Origin: an uncultured bacterium
GTDB taxonomy: Bacteria; Patescibacteriota; Gracilibacteria; UBA1369; PNNO01
Length of the DNA: 32,000 nt
Assembly (NCBI GenBank): GCA_963704705.1
Contig: OY969931.1
Span: 390,001-422,000, forward strand
Reading direction: 5' to 3'
Below, piece after piece: positions 18,741 through 26,746 of this stretch (its first letter is position 1; each line of letters begins with the position of its first letter). The notes under the pieces are model-generated. The model was not told where the DNA came from. It saw only the letters and a list, made by a program, of their open reading frames with translations, and made no database searches. Both the position numbers and the translations under genes were made by a program.

Positions 18741-18775
18741 AAAGCCCGCTACCTAATAAGTAGCGGGCTTTTTCT
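18741..18775. terminator. terminator between the ATPase operon and the convergent 870-aa gene, possibly bidirectional
   Basis: AAAGCCCGCTAC-CTAATAA-GTAGCGGGCTTTTT. Confidence 0.9.
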
Positions 18776-18783
18776 TATATAAT

Positions 18784-21396
18784 TTATTTAGATTTTGAAA
18801 ACTTTTCGGTCCACTTTTTATTTGATCGCATTCTATCTTCTTTTTCTTTTTCTTTTGCAGCATTAATTTTTTCTCTTGCTTCTATACTCAATTTTATATC
18901 TTCAGGCAAAGCTTCCGCTAAATCGTAGGCAAGATAAGTAGGCAAACACCAAAGACTTTGAGCTGAATCAGATCTTGCATGTTTATGTACAAATTTCCAA
19001 ACTATAAATAATTGATCGCTTGATTCACGTAAATTTTTTTTTGGTGGTAGAGATCTGATTTCATTTACTGTCTGAGATATAGGTGATAATTCCTGCGCGA
19101 GTGCATTTAAATCTTCCATTTCACCGCCAAAAATATCAGCAATATGCTTATTTAAATGATCTTTATCGATTCTAAGTCCCCATACTTTATGCCTTAATCC
19201 CCATGCAGTAGTTAAAAGTATCGCATTTAACTGGGTTGGTGTTAATTCCATAATTTCATTTCTGAATTCAATTTTGATTGTTTCACTTTGGTTTGATGAT
19301 TCCAGAACTTTAACTATTTCTTTTTCTGGTTCTTCTTCTGGTTCAAGTTGTGATTTTGTAGTTTTTTCAATAGCAATTTTAATAAGATCAAAAGCTTCTT
19401 TAATTTTATTTTTTGCATCAATTTTCAAATTAGATTTTTTTTCATCAATAATAATTAATATCTGCCTGTAAAAATGTATGCTGGCGTTAAAACCTCTCAT
19501 AAAGGCATCCAGTTCGGGATTTTTTTCGAATAACTCTTTATTTGATTCTCCGATTATTTTTTCGGGATCGGCACCTAGCGCAATATCGTAAATTTTCTTT
19601 TCAAAAAATTTATCACCTATTTGAATTTCGTTTATTATTTTTATAATAAAATTATCAATTTTTTTAATTTCATCAACTAATTGCTGAACTTGGTCAAAAA
19701 GGGAAGTCAGTTTTTCCCATATCTCAAGATATCTTTTAATCTTATCCCAATTTTCATTGAATTTAGCATCACAAAGGTCAATGTCTTCGGGATTAGATTG
19801 TCTTATTTTCATTGAAGCTAAAAGTGCCGATGATTCAATTGCCCTTAAAGCGCTGACTTCAGCGGTTATTTCATCTTTTAATTCTCTCAGCTTTGGTAAA
19901 TATTCATCAAGTTTACTTTTATTTTCATTGATTTCATTTAAATCCGGATTCCTTAATTCGTAGTGTTTTCTAACCAGATCAACAAAACCTGATCTCATAT
20001 TTAACAATTCAGCAAAAAGCGAAAGTTGATTCAGGTTTTCTTCAACGATAGTAATAGTACGTTGAAGTTTTTCTTGTACTTCGTAGCATACCGTATCAAC
20101 GTCGAGTGCTATTGGGTTTTTTTCTTCATTGTTTACCGGTTCTGGTTCAGCTTCAGCTTCGGTTTCAGTATGTGGCTCCCCAAAAAACATTTCTTGATCA
20201 TTTGGTTCAACTTGCTCAGCCTCAGGTTCTTCATCAGCCTGAGAAGCCGTTTGACTAATGATCTCAGCAACTTCTTCATCGGTGACATCGCAAACTTTAG
20301 TTGGATTATTATAGCTGTTTATTAAATTTTCAATTTCAGAAGAAGTTCTGAAATCAAGTCCGCAATGAAATTGATGATTTACTTTATCTGCTATTGTTTC
20401 AAATATATTGCCATTATTATCGTTAGTTTCTGATGTATAAATGTCTAGAATATATGCGATTTCATCATCTGTAATCGGATACATTTCGGTTTTTTGTTCT
20501 TCGGTACATTCATTAAGACATTTTATCCTGTCATTTAAAAGAATTTTTTTTACTTTATCCGGATTTAGCATTAAATCGTTATTTTCAGAGGATTCAATTA
20601 AAGCAGTTAAATTATCGATATCTCTTAAAATTGTTATAACATTAGTTAGAACAGAATTTTTAAATAATTCTGCTGTATCTTGAGTTAAATATCTAAATTC
20701 GAATTTAAAATTTAAAATTGCGTCAATAGTTGCATCTCGGAGTTTTATAAAAGTAAGGTCTCTCTTGTTAATTAATTTAAGGAATTCTTCATAAATTTTT
20801 TCAGAAAGCATTTCGAATAAACAAATAATTTCATTAATATGTTCAATTGAAATTTCTTCTTCAAAATCCACATCATCCAATTCATTCAAACTCGCAATAA
20901 AATCTTCAGCGAAAACCAGTACAATGCCATAAATTTTTTCTAAAATAAATTTAATTTCAAAAGATTCTGTTGCACCTTGTTCTCTGCAATCATTGAATAA
21001 TTGTTCACGATTGGATAGTTCGGGAATTATGTCCTCCTTTTCTTCATCAATAAAGGTATATTGATCCAATTGAGAACAAACAGTGTCGATGGCTTCAATT
21101 AAAGGATATCTTTCGTTTGAATGAGGTGTACTTAAATTTGGTAAAGTAAATATTCTTTTCTTTTTAGTTAAATACCTTAATGCACGTCTTCTGATTTCAT
21201 TTCTTTGCTGCATACTATCAAGGCTTCCATTGCTGCAAACATTTTTTACCTCTTTGAGGATCGCTGTGGTTGCATCATCAATTACTCTTTTAATTGATTT
21301 TTTTGAGCCAGCACTGCTTATTCTATCCACTTGCTCTTTAAGTGAAATTGTTTGCGCTTTAATCAAATTATCTATAATTTGTCGAGAAACACCCAT
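18784..21396 (-). CDS. large helical/coiled-coil acidic protein, 870 aa, unknown function
   Basis: Continuous low-GC ORF; Lys/Glu/Leu/Ile-rich helical composition with acidic, proline-containing linkers (TETEAEAEPEPEPVNNEEK, QLEPEEEPEKE). Confidence 0.85.
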   Translation of the reverse strand: MGVSRQIIDNLIKAQTISLKEQVDRISSAGSKKSIKRVIDDATTAILKEVKNVCSNGSLDSMQQRNEIRRRALRYLTKKKRIFTLPNLSTPHSNERYPLIEAIDTVCSQLDQYTFIDEEKEDIIPELSNREQLFNDCREQGATESFEIKFILEKIYGIVLVFAEDFIASLNELDDVDFEEEISIEHINEIICLFEMLSEKIYEEFLKLINKRDLTFIKLRDATIDAILNFKFEFRYLTQDTAELFKNSVLTNVITILRDIDNLTALIESSENNDLMLNPDKVKKILLNDRIKCLNECTEEQKTEMYPITDDEIAYILDIYTSETNDNNGNIFETIADKVNHQFHCGLDFRTSSEIENLINSYNNPTKVCDVTDEEVAEIISQTASQADEEPEAEQVEPNDQEMFFGEPHTETEAEAEPEPVNNEEKNPIALDVDTVCYEVQEKLQRTITIVEENLNQLSLFAELLNMRSGFVDLVRKHYELRNPDLNEINENKSKLDEYLPKLRELKDEITAEVSALRAIESSALLASMKIRQSNPEDIDLCDAKFNENWDKIKRYLEIWEKLTSLFDQVQQLVDEIKKIDNFIIKIINEIQIGDKFFEKKIYDIALGADPEKIIGESNKELFEKNPELDAFMRGFNASIHFYRQILIIIDEKKSNLKIDAKNKIKEAFDLIKIAIEKTTKSQLEPEEEPEKEIVKVLESSNQSETIKIEFRNEIMELTPTQLNAILLTTAWGLRHKVWGLRIDKDHLNKHIADIFGGEMEDLNALAQELSPISQTVNEIRSLPPKKNLRESSDQLFIVWKFVHKHARSDSAQSLWCLPTYLAYDLAEALPEDIKLSIEAREKINAAKEKEKEDRMRSNKKWTEKFSKSK

Positions 21397-21464
21397 TTAA
21401 CAATATATTTAAAAAATAAGACAACATTAAACATTGAAATAGATAATTTGTCAATGATTTTATC

Positions 21465-21884
21465 TTAATCATTAATTGATGTTTCCACTTTTTTTCGTGT
21501 TTCTTTTATTTCACTTCTTTTATGTTTTATTTTTAGTATTTTTTCTTTTGCCCTTTTACTTCTTTTTTGTTTTTGTTTTTTTAATTTAAAGATTTTTTTG
21601 GCTTTTTCAGATTCCTTACCTTTAATTAATTCTTCTATTTTATTTATTAAAAGCTTATAAGCTGACATTCTGTTTTTTTCGCGTTCGCGGTGCCTTTGAA
21701 CTTTAACTTCAACTCCGGTAGGAATATGTTTCAGCCACACAGCATTAGAAGTTTTATTGATTTTTTGACCGCCATGTCCCGAACCTCTAACAAACTTTTC
21801 TTCAATATCAAATGCTTTAATTTCAAGCTCTTCGGCTTTTTTTATGCTGTCTGGTTTTAATTCAATTGGGAATTCATTTTTCAT
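21465..21884 (-). CDS. peptide chain release factor-like (GGQ domain) protein
   Basis: FVRGSGHGGQKINKTSNAVWLKHIPTGVEVKVQRHREREKNRMSAYKLL RF-1 catalytic domain with a basic C-terminal tail, no codon-recognition domain. Confidence 0.88.
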   Translation of the reverse strand: MKNEFPIELKPDSIKKAEELEIKAFDIEEKFVRGSGHGGQKINKTSNAVWLKHIPTGVEVKVQRHREREKNRMSAYKLLINKIEELIKGKESEKAKKIFKLKKQKQKRSKRAKEKILKIKHKRSEIKETRKKVETSIND

Positions 21885-21926
21885 ACAAATATAATACTGT
21901 ATAATCGCTATAGTTTAAAAGGAATT

Positions 21927-22565
21927 ATGATTATTTTAGGATTAAATACAGCAACAAACCTCTCGCAAATCGCAATTGTTAAAAATCACGAAGTTTTGGC
22001 GGAAAATTCATGGAAATCCGAGCAAAACGAAGCGGAAACACTTCTTCCAAATATTAAAAAATTGCTAAAAAAAGCACAATTAGATTGGAAAGATATAGAT
22101 AAAATTGCAGTAATCAAAGGCCCTGGCCCATTTACTGCACTTCGAGTATCAATAGCAGTTGCAAATGGCATAGCTTATGCATTAAACATACCGATTTGGG
22201 GGATTCCAATTCAGGATTACTGGCAAAACGCTTATGAAGGCGACTTCGTGCTTCAGTCAGGCTTAAATCGCGTATATTACAAAGGTAAATTAATTGATTT
22301 TGAAGAATTTTTGCACAAAGCAGAGGGCAAGCTTTGCGGCCATCTCAAAGAATCCCAAATTGCGCAGCTTAAAGCCAAAAATGTGGAATTTGTCGACGAG
22401 AAATCACTTAGTGATTTGGGATCACTCGGTGATTTGGGATCACTCGGTGATCGCACATTACTCGGTAATTTATTAAAAATCGCAAACTACAAAGATGAGA
22501 AAATGATCAAACCCGAGTATTTTGCGCCTCCAACTATCACCAAAAGCACTAAATCTTATAAATAA
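21927..22565 (+). CDS. tsaB: tRNA threonylcarbamoyladenosine biosynthesis protein TsaB
   Basis: MIILGLNTATNLSQIAIV..LLPNIKKLLKKAQLDWKDIDKIAVIKGPGPFTALRVSIAVANGIAYALNIPIWGI. Confidence 0.92.
   Translation: MIILGLNTATNLSQIAIVKNHEVLAENSWKSEQNEAETLLPNIKKLLKKAQLDWKDIDKIAVIKGPGPFTALRVSIAVANGIAYALNIPIWGIPIQDYWQNAYEGDFVLQSGLNRVYYKGKLIDFEEFLHKAEGKLCGHLKESQIAQLKAKNVEFVDEKSLSDLGSLGDLGSLGDRTLLGNLLKIANYKDEKMIKPEYFAPPTITKSTKSYK
22403..22474 (+). repeat. 18-bp tandem palindromic repeats inside tsaB (about 4 degenerate units)
   Basis: ATCACTTAGTGATTTGGG / ATCACTCGGTGATTTGGG / ATCACTCGGTGATCGCAC / ATTACTCGGTAATT..; each unit starts with an ATCAC-NNN-GTGAT palindrome. Confidence 0.85.
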
Positions 22566-23239
22566 TGGCACTTTACATTGTTTCAACACCCATAGGAAAT
22601 CTTGACGATATTACTTTACGTGCGATTGATACGCTTAAAAAGGTCGATATCATTGCTTGTGAAGATACGCGTCACAGCCAAATTCTGCTAAACAAATACG
22701 AAATAAAAAAACCGTTATTAAGCTATCATTCACATAGCGGTCAAACCAAACTCGACAAATTAATAGCCGCACTTGAAGAGGGAAGCGAAATAGCTCTGAT
22801 AAGTGATGCAGGAACACCAGGGATTTCTGACCCTGCTTATGGATTAATCAAAGCCGCTCTTGAGCAAAATATTGAGATTATTCCAATGCCCGGAGCATGT
22901 GCTTTTTTAGCTGCGCTTGTTGCTAGCGGTCTTCCAATGAATCAATTTATGTATTTGGGCTTTCTCCCTATTAAAAAAGGCCGTCAAACATTACTTAAAT
23001 CATTGGCAGAAGAAGAAAAAACAGTAGTTTTTTATGAATCCCCACACAGAATTCAAAAAACATTAAGCCAGCTCGAGGAGTTTTTGGGACCGGAACGAAA
23101 AATCGTAATTGGCCGTGAACTAACAAAAATGCATGAAGAATTTGTACGGGGAACCATTAATGAAGTTAAAGAAATATTTGCCAAGCGTGCGCCAAAAGGG
23201 GAGTTTACCGTTGTACTCGGCGGCAAAGGCGTGTTATAA
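22565..23239 (+). CDS. rsmI: 16S rRNA (cytidine1402-2'-O)-methyltransferase RsmI
   Basis: MALYIVSTPIGNLDDITLRAIDTLKKVDIIACEDTRHSQILLNKY and ALISDAGTPGISDPAYGLI; start overlaps the tsaB stop (TAATG). Confidence 0.97.
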   Translation: MALYIVSTPIGNLDDITLRAIDTLKKVDIIACEDTRHSQILLNKYEIKKPLLSYHSHSGQTKLDKLIAALEEGSEIALISDAGTPGISDPAYGLIKAALEQNIEIIPMPGACAFLAALVASGLPMNQFMYLGFLPIKKGRQTLLKSLAEEEKTVVFYESPHRIQKTLSQLEEFLGPERKIVIGRELTKMHEEFVRGTINEVKEIFAKRAPKGEFTVVLGGKGVL

Positions 23240-23246
23240 ATACATT

Positions 23247-23894
23247 ATGAAACTAAAATTTCAAAAAGGCGTAACCCTTATAGAGTTAATTCTCGTTATT
23301 GCAATTATCTCAATTATAACAGTATTTGCGGTATTTTCAGGAACAACTTTAGGTGAGCAGGTAAGATTCGCTTCTGCTTATCGGAGTGTGGAAGGTATGC
23401 TTTCAGAAGCCAGAAACAGGTCGCTTTCAGGTGAATCTTACCCTGATTATAGTGATTATGATGGAGATGGGCTTTCTGAAGCACAGGGCGATTTGATTTT
23501 GCCTTATGGATATATTGTTAATTTTCATACTGATGCAGATGGTATAATAACTGTTTCTTTATATGCTGATTTATTGAGAATTGAGTCGATCGCCGGTCAG
23601 CTTGAAACTGATGCTGATGATTTAATTAAAACAATCACTTTGCCTGATGATATTGAATTTGATTTAACTGCTCAGGATAAATTTGGTGTAGCAGAAACTA
23701 TATCAGATCCAAATGATTTTTCAGTTCTTTATAAAACTCCTGATGCTGCTTTTGAATTGATAGATTACAATCCAACCACACTTCAAATTGAAATAAAACA
23801 GGTTAACGATAGCGGTGAATTAAAAAGGAGTAAATATTTATTTTTACATTATTTGTATGGGATTCCTGAAGTGTTAAGCGATCCCTTTATTTAA
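23247..23894 (+). CDS. type IV pilin-like/pseudopilin protein
   Basis: MKLKFQKGVTLIELILVIAIISIITVFAVFSG prepilin peptidase site (G|VTLIE) and hydrophobic helix; ORF opens at 23133 but Met at 23247 fits. Confidence 0.88.
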   Translation: MKLKFQKGVTLIELILVIAIISIITVFAVFSGTTLGEQVRFASAYRSVEGMLSEARNRSLSGESYPDYSDYDGDGLSEAQGDLILPYGYIVNFHTDADGIITVSLYADLLRIESIAGQLETDADDLIKTITLPDDIEFDLTAQDKFGVAETISDPNDFSVLYKTPDAAFELIDYNPTTLQIEIKQVNDSGELKRSKYLFLHYLYGIPEVLSDPFI

Positions 23895-23935
23895 AAAAAC
23901 CGGCCACATAATTTAAATGCAGCCGGCTTTTTAAA
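23892..23935. terminator. possible terminator between convergent genes
   Basis: CCGGC..GCCGG inverted repeat flanked by A and T runs. Confidence 0.5.
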
Positions 23936-23947
23936 AGAATAAATTTT

Positions 23948-25231
23948 TTACATACTGCTTGCCAAATCAACTATTTTAGCAAGTTCCGCTCTTGTAATCT
24001 CTTTTCCTGGTCCGAACATCCCGTCAGCGTAACCCTGTACCCATCCGAGTTTGCTTGCTTTGTATACGTATCCGGCAAACCATTCACCATATGGAACATC
24101 CGGGAATGGATTTTCTGTTAATGCAGGCGATTCATAACCTTTTACCTTCATTATTATTTTTATTGCTTCAGCTCTGTTGATTGTTCTAACACCGTACAAA
24201 TTTCCGTTTTCACCTTCAACAACGCCTTTGTTATAAGCTTTAGTTGCAATTCCGCAGTACCAGTCATCTTCACCCATATCAGGGAAGATTGAAGGATTAC
24301 AAGTAACTGGTTCAAATCCCAATCCAACCATAATCATTTTAATTGCTTCACCACGAAGAACTGGTTCGTTTGGTTCAAAGTAACCGTTACGACCTTCAAC
24401 AACACCTTTAGCAGCTAGATCTTCCACATAAGGTTTACCCCAATGTCCTTCCATATCAGAAAAATTAGGGTAAGTTGTTAACTCACTTTCTCCATGTTGG
24501 AGAGTAACAGTATTTGAACATCCTCTTCTGTCGTCATTTGTAATTACACAAACTCTGTAGTAGTTAGTTCCTTCAGCAACATCTGCATGTGTATAATTGG
24601 TTTGAGTTACATCACTGTAAACTTCAACGTATCCATCAGCAGGATAATAAGGCTCAGCATTTGTTTGTGAATGAACAACTTTATACCATTTTAAATCATC
24701 ACCTTCATATTGAGTCCAGTTTAATTCAGCTTTCCCAAGATCATTCAAAGCTCCTGTTAAAGTAATTTGAATACTATCATCGTTTGTATAAGGGTCATTT
24801 ACTTCTGGCGTTGGTTCAATAGCAGCAACATCAGATTCAAGAGTTACAGTATTGCTGCATGCTCTTAAATTAGCCTCAGTAATAACGCAAACTCTGTAAT
24901 AATTTGTGCCTTCTTTTACACCTGTGTGAGTATAAGTTGTATCTGCAGGGTCGCTAATTACGCCTACATACCCATCCATAGGATATTTCGCATCAGCATT
25001 TGTTTGAGAATGTACAACTTTGTACCACATTAAATCACCTCCTGTGTATTCGTTCCATGAGAGATCCGCATAGCCGTCAGCATTTAAAGAACCTTCAAGA
25101 ACAACTGAAATATTTTCAGTGTCTGTGTATGGATCTTCAGTTACGCCAGTGGTGTTTGCAGAAACACTGCTAACAAAAACAAGCATTGTTAGTGCTGTTA
25201 CTGCAATCCCTCTGGTGATGAATTTTTTCAT
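23948..25231 (-). CDS. S-layer-homology domain secreted protein with two fibronectin-like repeats
   Basis: Signal peptide; two ~100-aa homologous repeats (WYKVVHSQTNA..YYRVCVIT..CSNTVTL); C-terminal SLH repeats (FSDMEGHWGKPYVEDLAAKGVVEG; FPDVPYGEWFAGYVYKASKLGWVQGYADGMFGPGKEITRAELAKIV). Confidence 0.93.
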   Translation of the reverse strand: MKKFITRGIAVTALTMLVFVSSVSANTTGVTEDPYTDTENISVVLEGSLNADGYADLSWNEYTGGDLMWYKVVHSQTNADAKYPMDGYVGVISDPADTTYTHTGVKEGTNYYRVCVITEANLRACSNTVTLESDVAAIEPTPEVNDPYTNDDSIQITLTGALNDLGKAELNWTQYEGDDLKWYKVVHSQTNAEPYYPADGYVEVYSDVTQTNYTHADVAEGTNYYRVCVITNDDRRGCSNTVTLQHGESELTTYPNFSDMEGHWGKPYVEDLAAKGVVEGRNGYFEPNEPVLRGEAIKMIMVGLGFEPVTCNPSIFPDMGEDDWYCGIATKAYNKGVVEGENGNLYGVRTINRAEAIKIIMKVKGYESPALTENPFPDVPYGEWFAGYVYKASKLGWVQGYADGMFGPGKEITRAELAKIVDLASSM

Positions 25232-25280
25232 ACGTCATTGGTTAAAGGGTATATCAATATTTTAAACGTGGCTGTAAAAG

Positions 25281-26588
25281 TCACGTTACATTATGTTCTT
25301 TGCTTATTTGCGATTTCTGGTTTAGCAATTTTTCAATAATTTTAATATGATCAGCTTTCGAGAGTTCGAATTCCGGTTTTTTTGCTTTTATTTTTTCTTT
25401 TAAATAAGGAAAAATATCTAAATAATTAACTTCTCTTTCCTGTTCGCAAAAAGTATGTGCGATTGAAAGATGATTTTTTGGGTCCGCTTTTATAAGCTGT
25501 TCCGCGCTAATTATTAATAACCTTTTCCACATTGATTTAACAATAAAATTCAAATCATCGCTTATATCACCAAAATATCCCTCAAAAAATCCTCTTAAGA
25601 TATTATGTTGTTCAAAGTTCATGTTTTGATCCTGAAAAAGATGAACTCCTTCAATATAACCGCTAAGCATCAAATTACTCATTATTGCAACCAACCCTAT
25701 TTCAAAATCTTTCAATGCATAATAAAAATATTTTTGAGCGCTTAACTCATCAATGTGCTTAACATGATCCAAATCAAAAATCATAACATGTCCGTTTTCA
25801 TTATCTACTGCCGCATTAAACAAGTGACTGTCATGATCAACAAAATATTCGTGCAGTTTTGATAAACTTTTACCGAATTCACGAGCCAATTGCTGCAAAG
25901 TAAGTAAAATATCAAAATAAGTAGGCTCTTTTTTGCCAAGTGGAGCCATGTTTTTTTGCCAGTATTCAAGTATCTGGGGGCTGATTCTAAGTCCTTGTTC
26001 CTCAAATTGACCTGCAAAATAATTCCCAAGTGCTTTTTCAGTTTCGGTTCCAATGCCAAAAACAGCAACTCCAAGTGCTTTATCGCCATAATTCATATCT
26101 TTGTATTTGGCATATCCAATCGGGAAATAAAAAGGAAAATCCTTTAAATCTCCATCCCATGCCTCCAATAATACTTTATAAGCCTCAAATTCTTTAACAG
26201 CCTGATCAAAAATTTGCGCACCAAAAGGTCTTTTTTTTGGCTTACTATAATAGATTTCATCTTTATCGTTAACTTCAATTTGATAATGAATTTCAGTGAT
26301 TCCATCAGGAGCCTGCTGAATATGTGCTTCGTATCCTTCATCAACCGAAGGCTGCATAACAGCATTTGAATAAGGATCAAAATATCCACACCCTTTAATT
26401 TTGATTCCCTTAAAAGGTAATTCAGGTTCCTGAATTATTAAAAAAGTACTTCTTCCTGTTTTAACAAGCGGTGGCTGGGTTTTCCACGAAATCACATCTT
26501 CAATTATGCTTTTTTGCCCCTGATTTAAAGGGAATTTATCATAAAATTCAATTTTCTCTATTTCTAGAACACTTTCGTCCTGACTCAT
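25281..26588 (-). CDS. hypothetical protein with kinase/aminoglycoside-phosphotransferase-like core
   Basis: HDSHLFNAAVDNENGHVMIFDLDHVKHI resembles the catalytic/metal-binding region of the APH/kinase fold. Confidence 0.6.
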   Translation of the reverse strand: MSQDESVLEIEKIEFYDKFPLNQGQKSIIEDVISWKTQPPLVKTGRSTFLIIQEPELPFKGIKIKGCGYFDPYSNAVMQPSVDEGYEAHIQQAPDGITEIHYQIEVNDKDEIYYSKPKKRPFGAQIFDQAVKEFEAYKVLLEAWDGDLKDFPFYFPIGYAKYKDMNYGDKALGVAVFGIGTETEKALGNYFAGQFEEQGLRISPQILEYWQKNMAPLGKKEPTYFDILLTLQQLAREFGKSLSKLHEYFVDHDSHLFNAAVDNENGHVMIFDLDHVKHIDELSAQKYFYYALKDFEIGLVAIMSNLMLSGYIEGVHLFQDQNMNFEQHNILRGFFEGYFGDISDDLNFIVKSMWKRLLIISAEQLIKADPKNHLSIAHTFCEQEREVNYLDIFPYLKEKIKAKKPEFELSKADHIKIIEKLLNQKSQISKEHNVT

Positions 26589-26746
26589 TAAAAGAGGGTG
26601 TAAATGAATGGAGCAAGTGCGCTTCCTTCAGTAAAAACAATTAAAGCTCCAAGTAAAATCAGTATAATTATTAATGGGGCTAGCCACCATTTTTTTCCTT
26701 TACCTATATAAGAGAATATATCTTTTATTGTGCTTAGTTTACTCAT
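26588..26746 (-). CDS. DUF5989-like small membrane protein, 52 aa
   Basis: Below the size cutoff of the ORF track. My translation: MSKLSTIKDIFSYIGKGKKWWLAPLIIILILLGALIVFTEGSALAPFIYTLF; overlaps both neighbours. Confidence 0.88.
   Translation of the reverse strand: MSKLSTIKDIFSYIGKGKKWWLAPLIIILILLGALIVFTEGSALAPFIYTLF

Noticed and set aside
10382-18775. Mobile genetic element/prophage encompassing the GC-rich islands
   Set aside because: No integrase, transposase, terminal repeats or phage structural genes seen; housekeeping genes such as rlmN lie between the islands, so one continuous element is unsupported.
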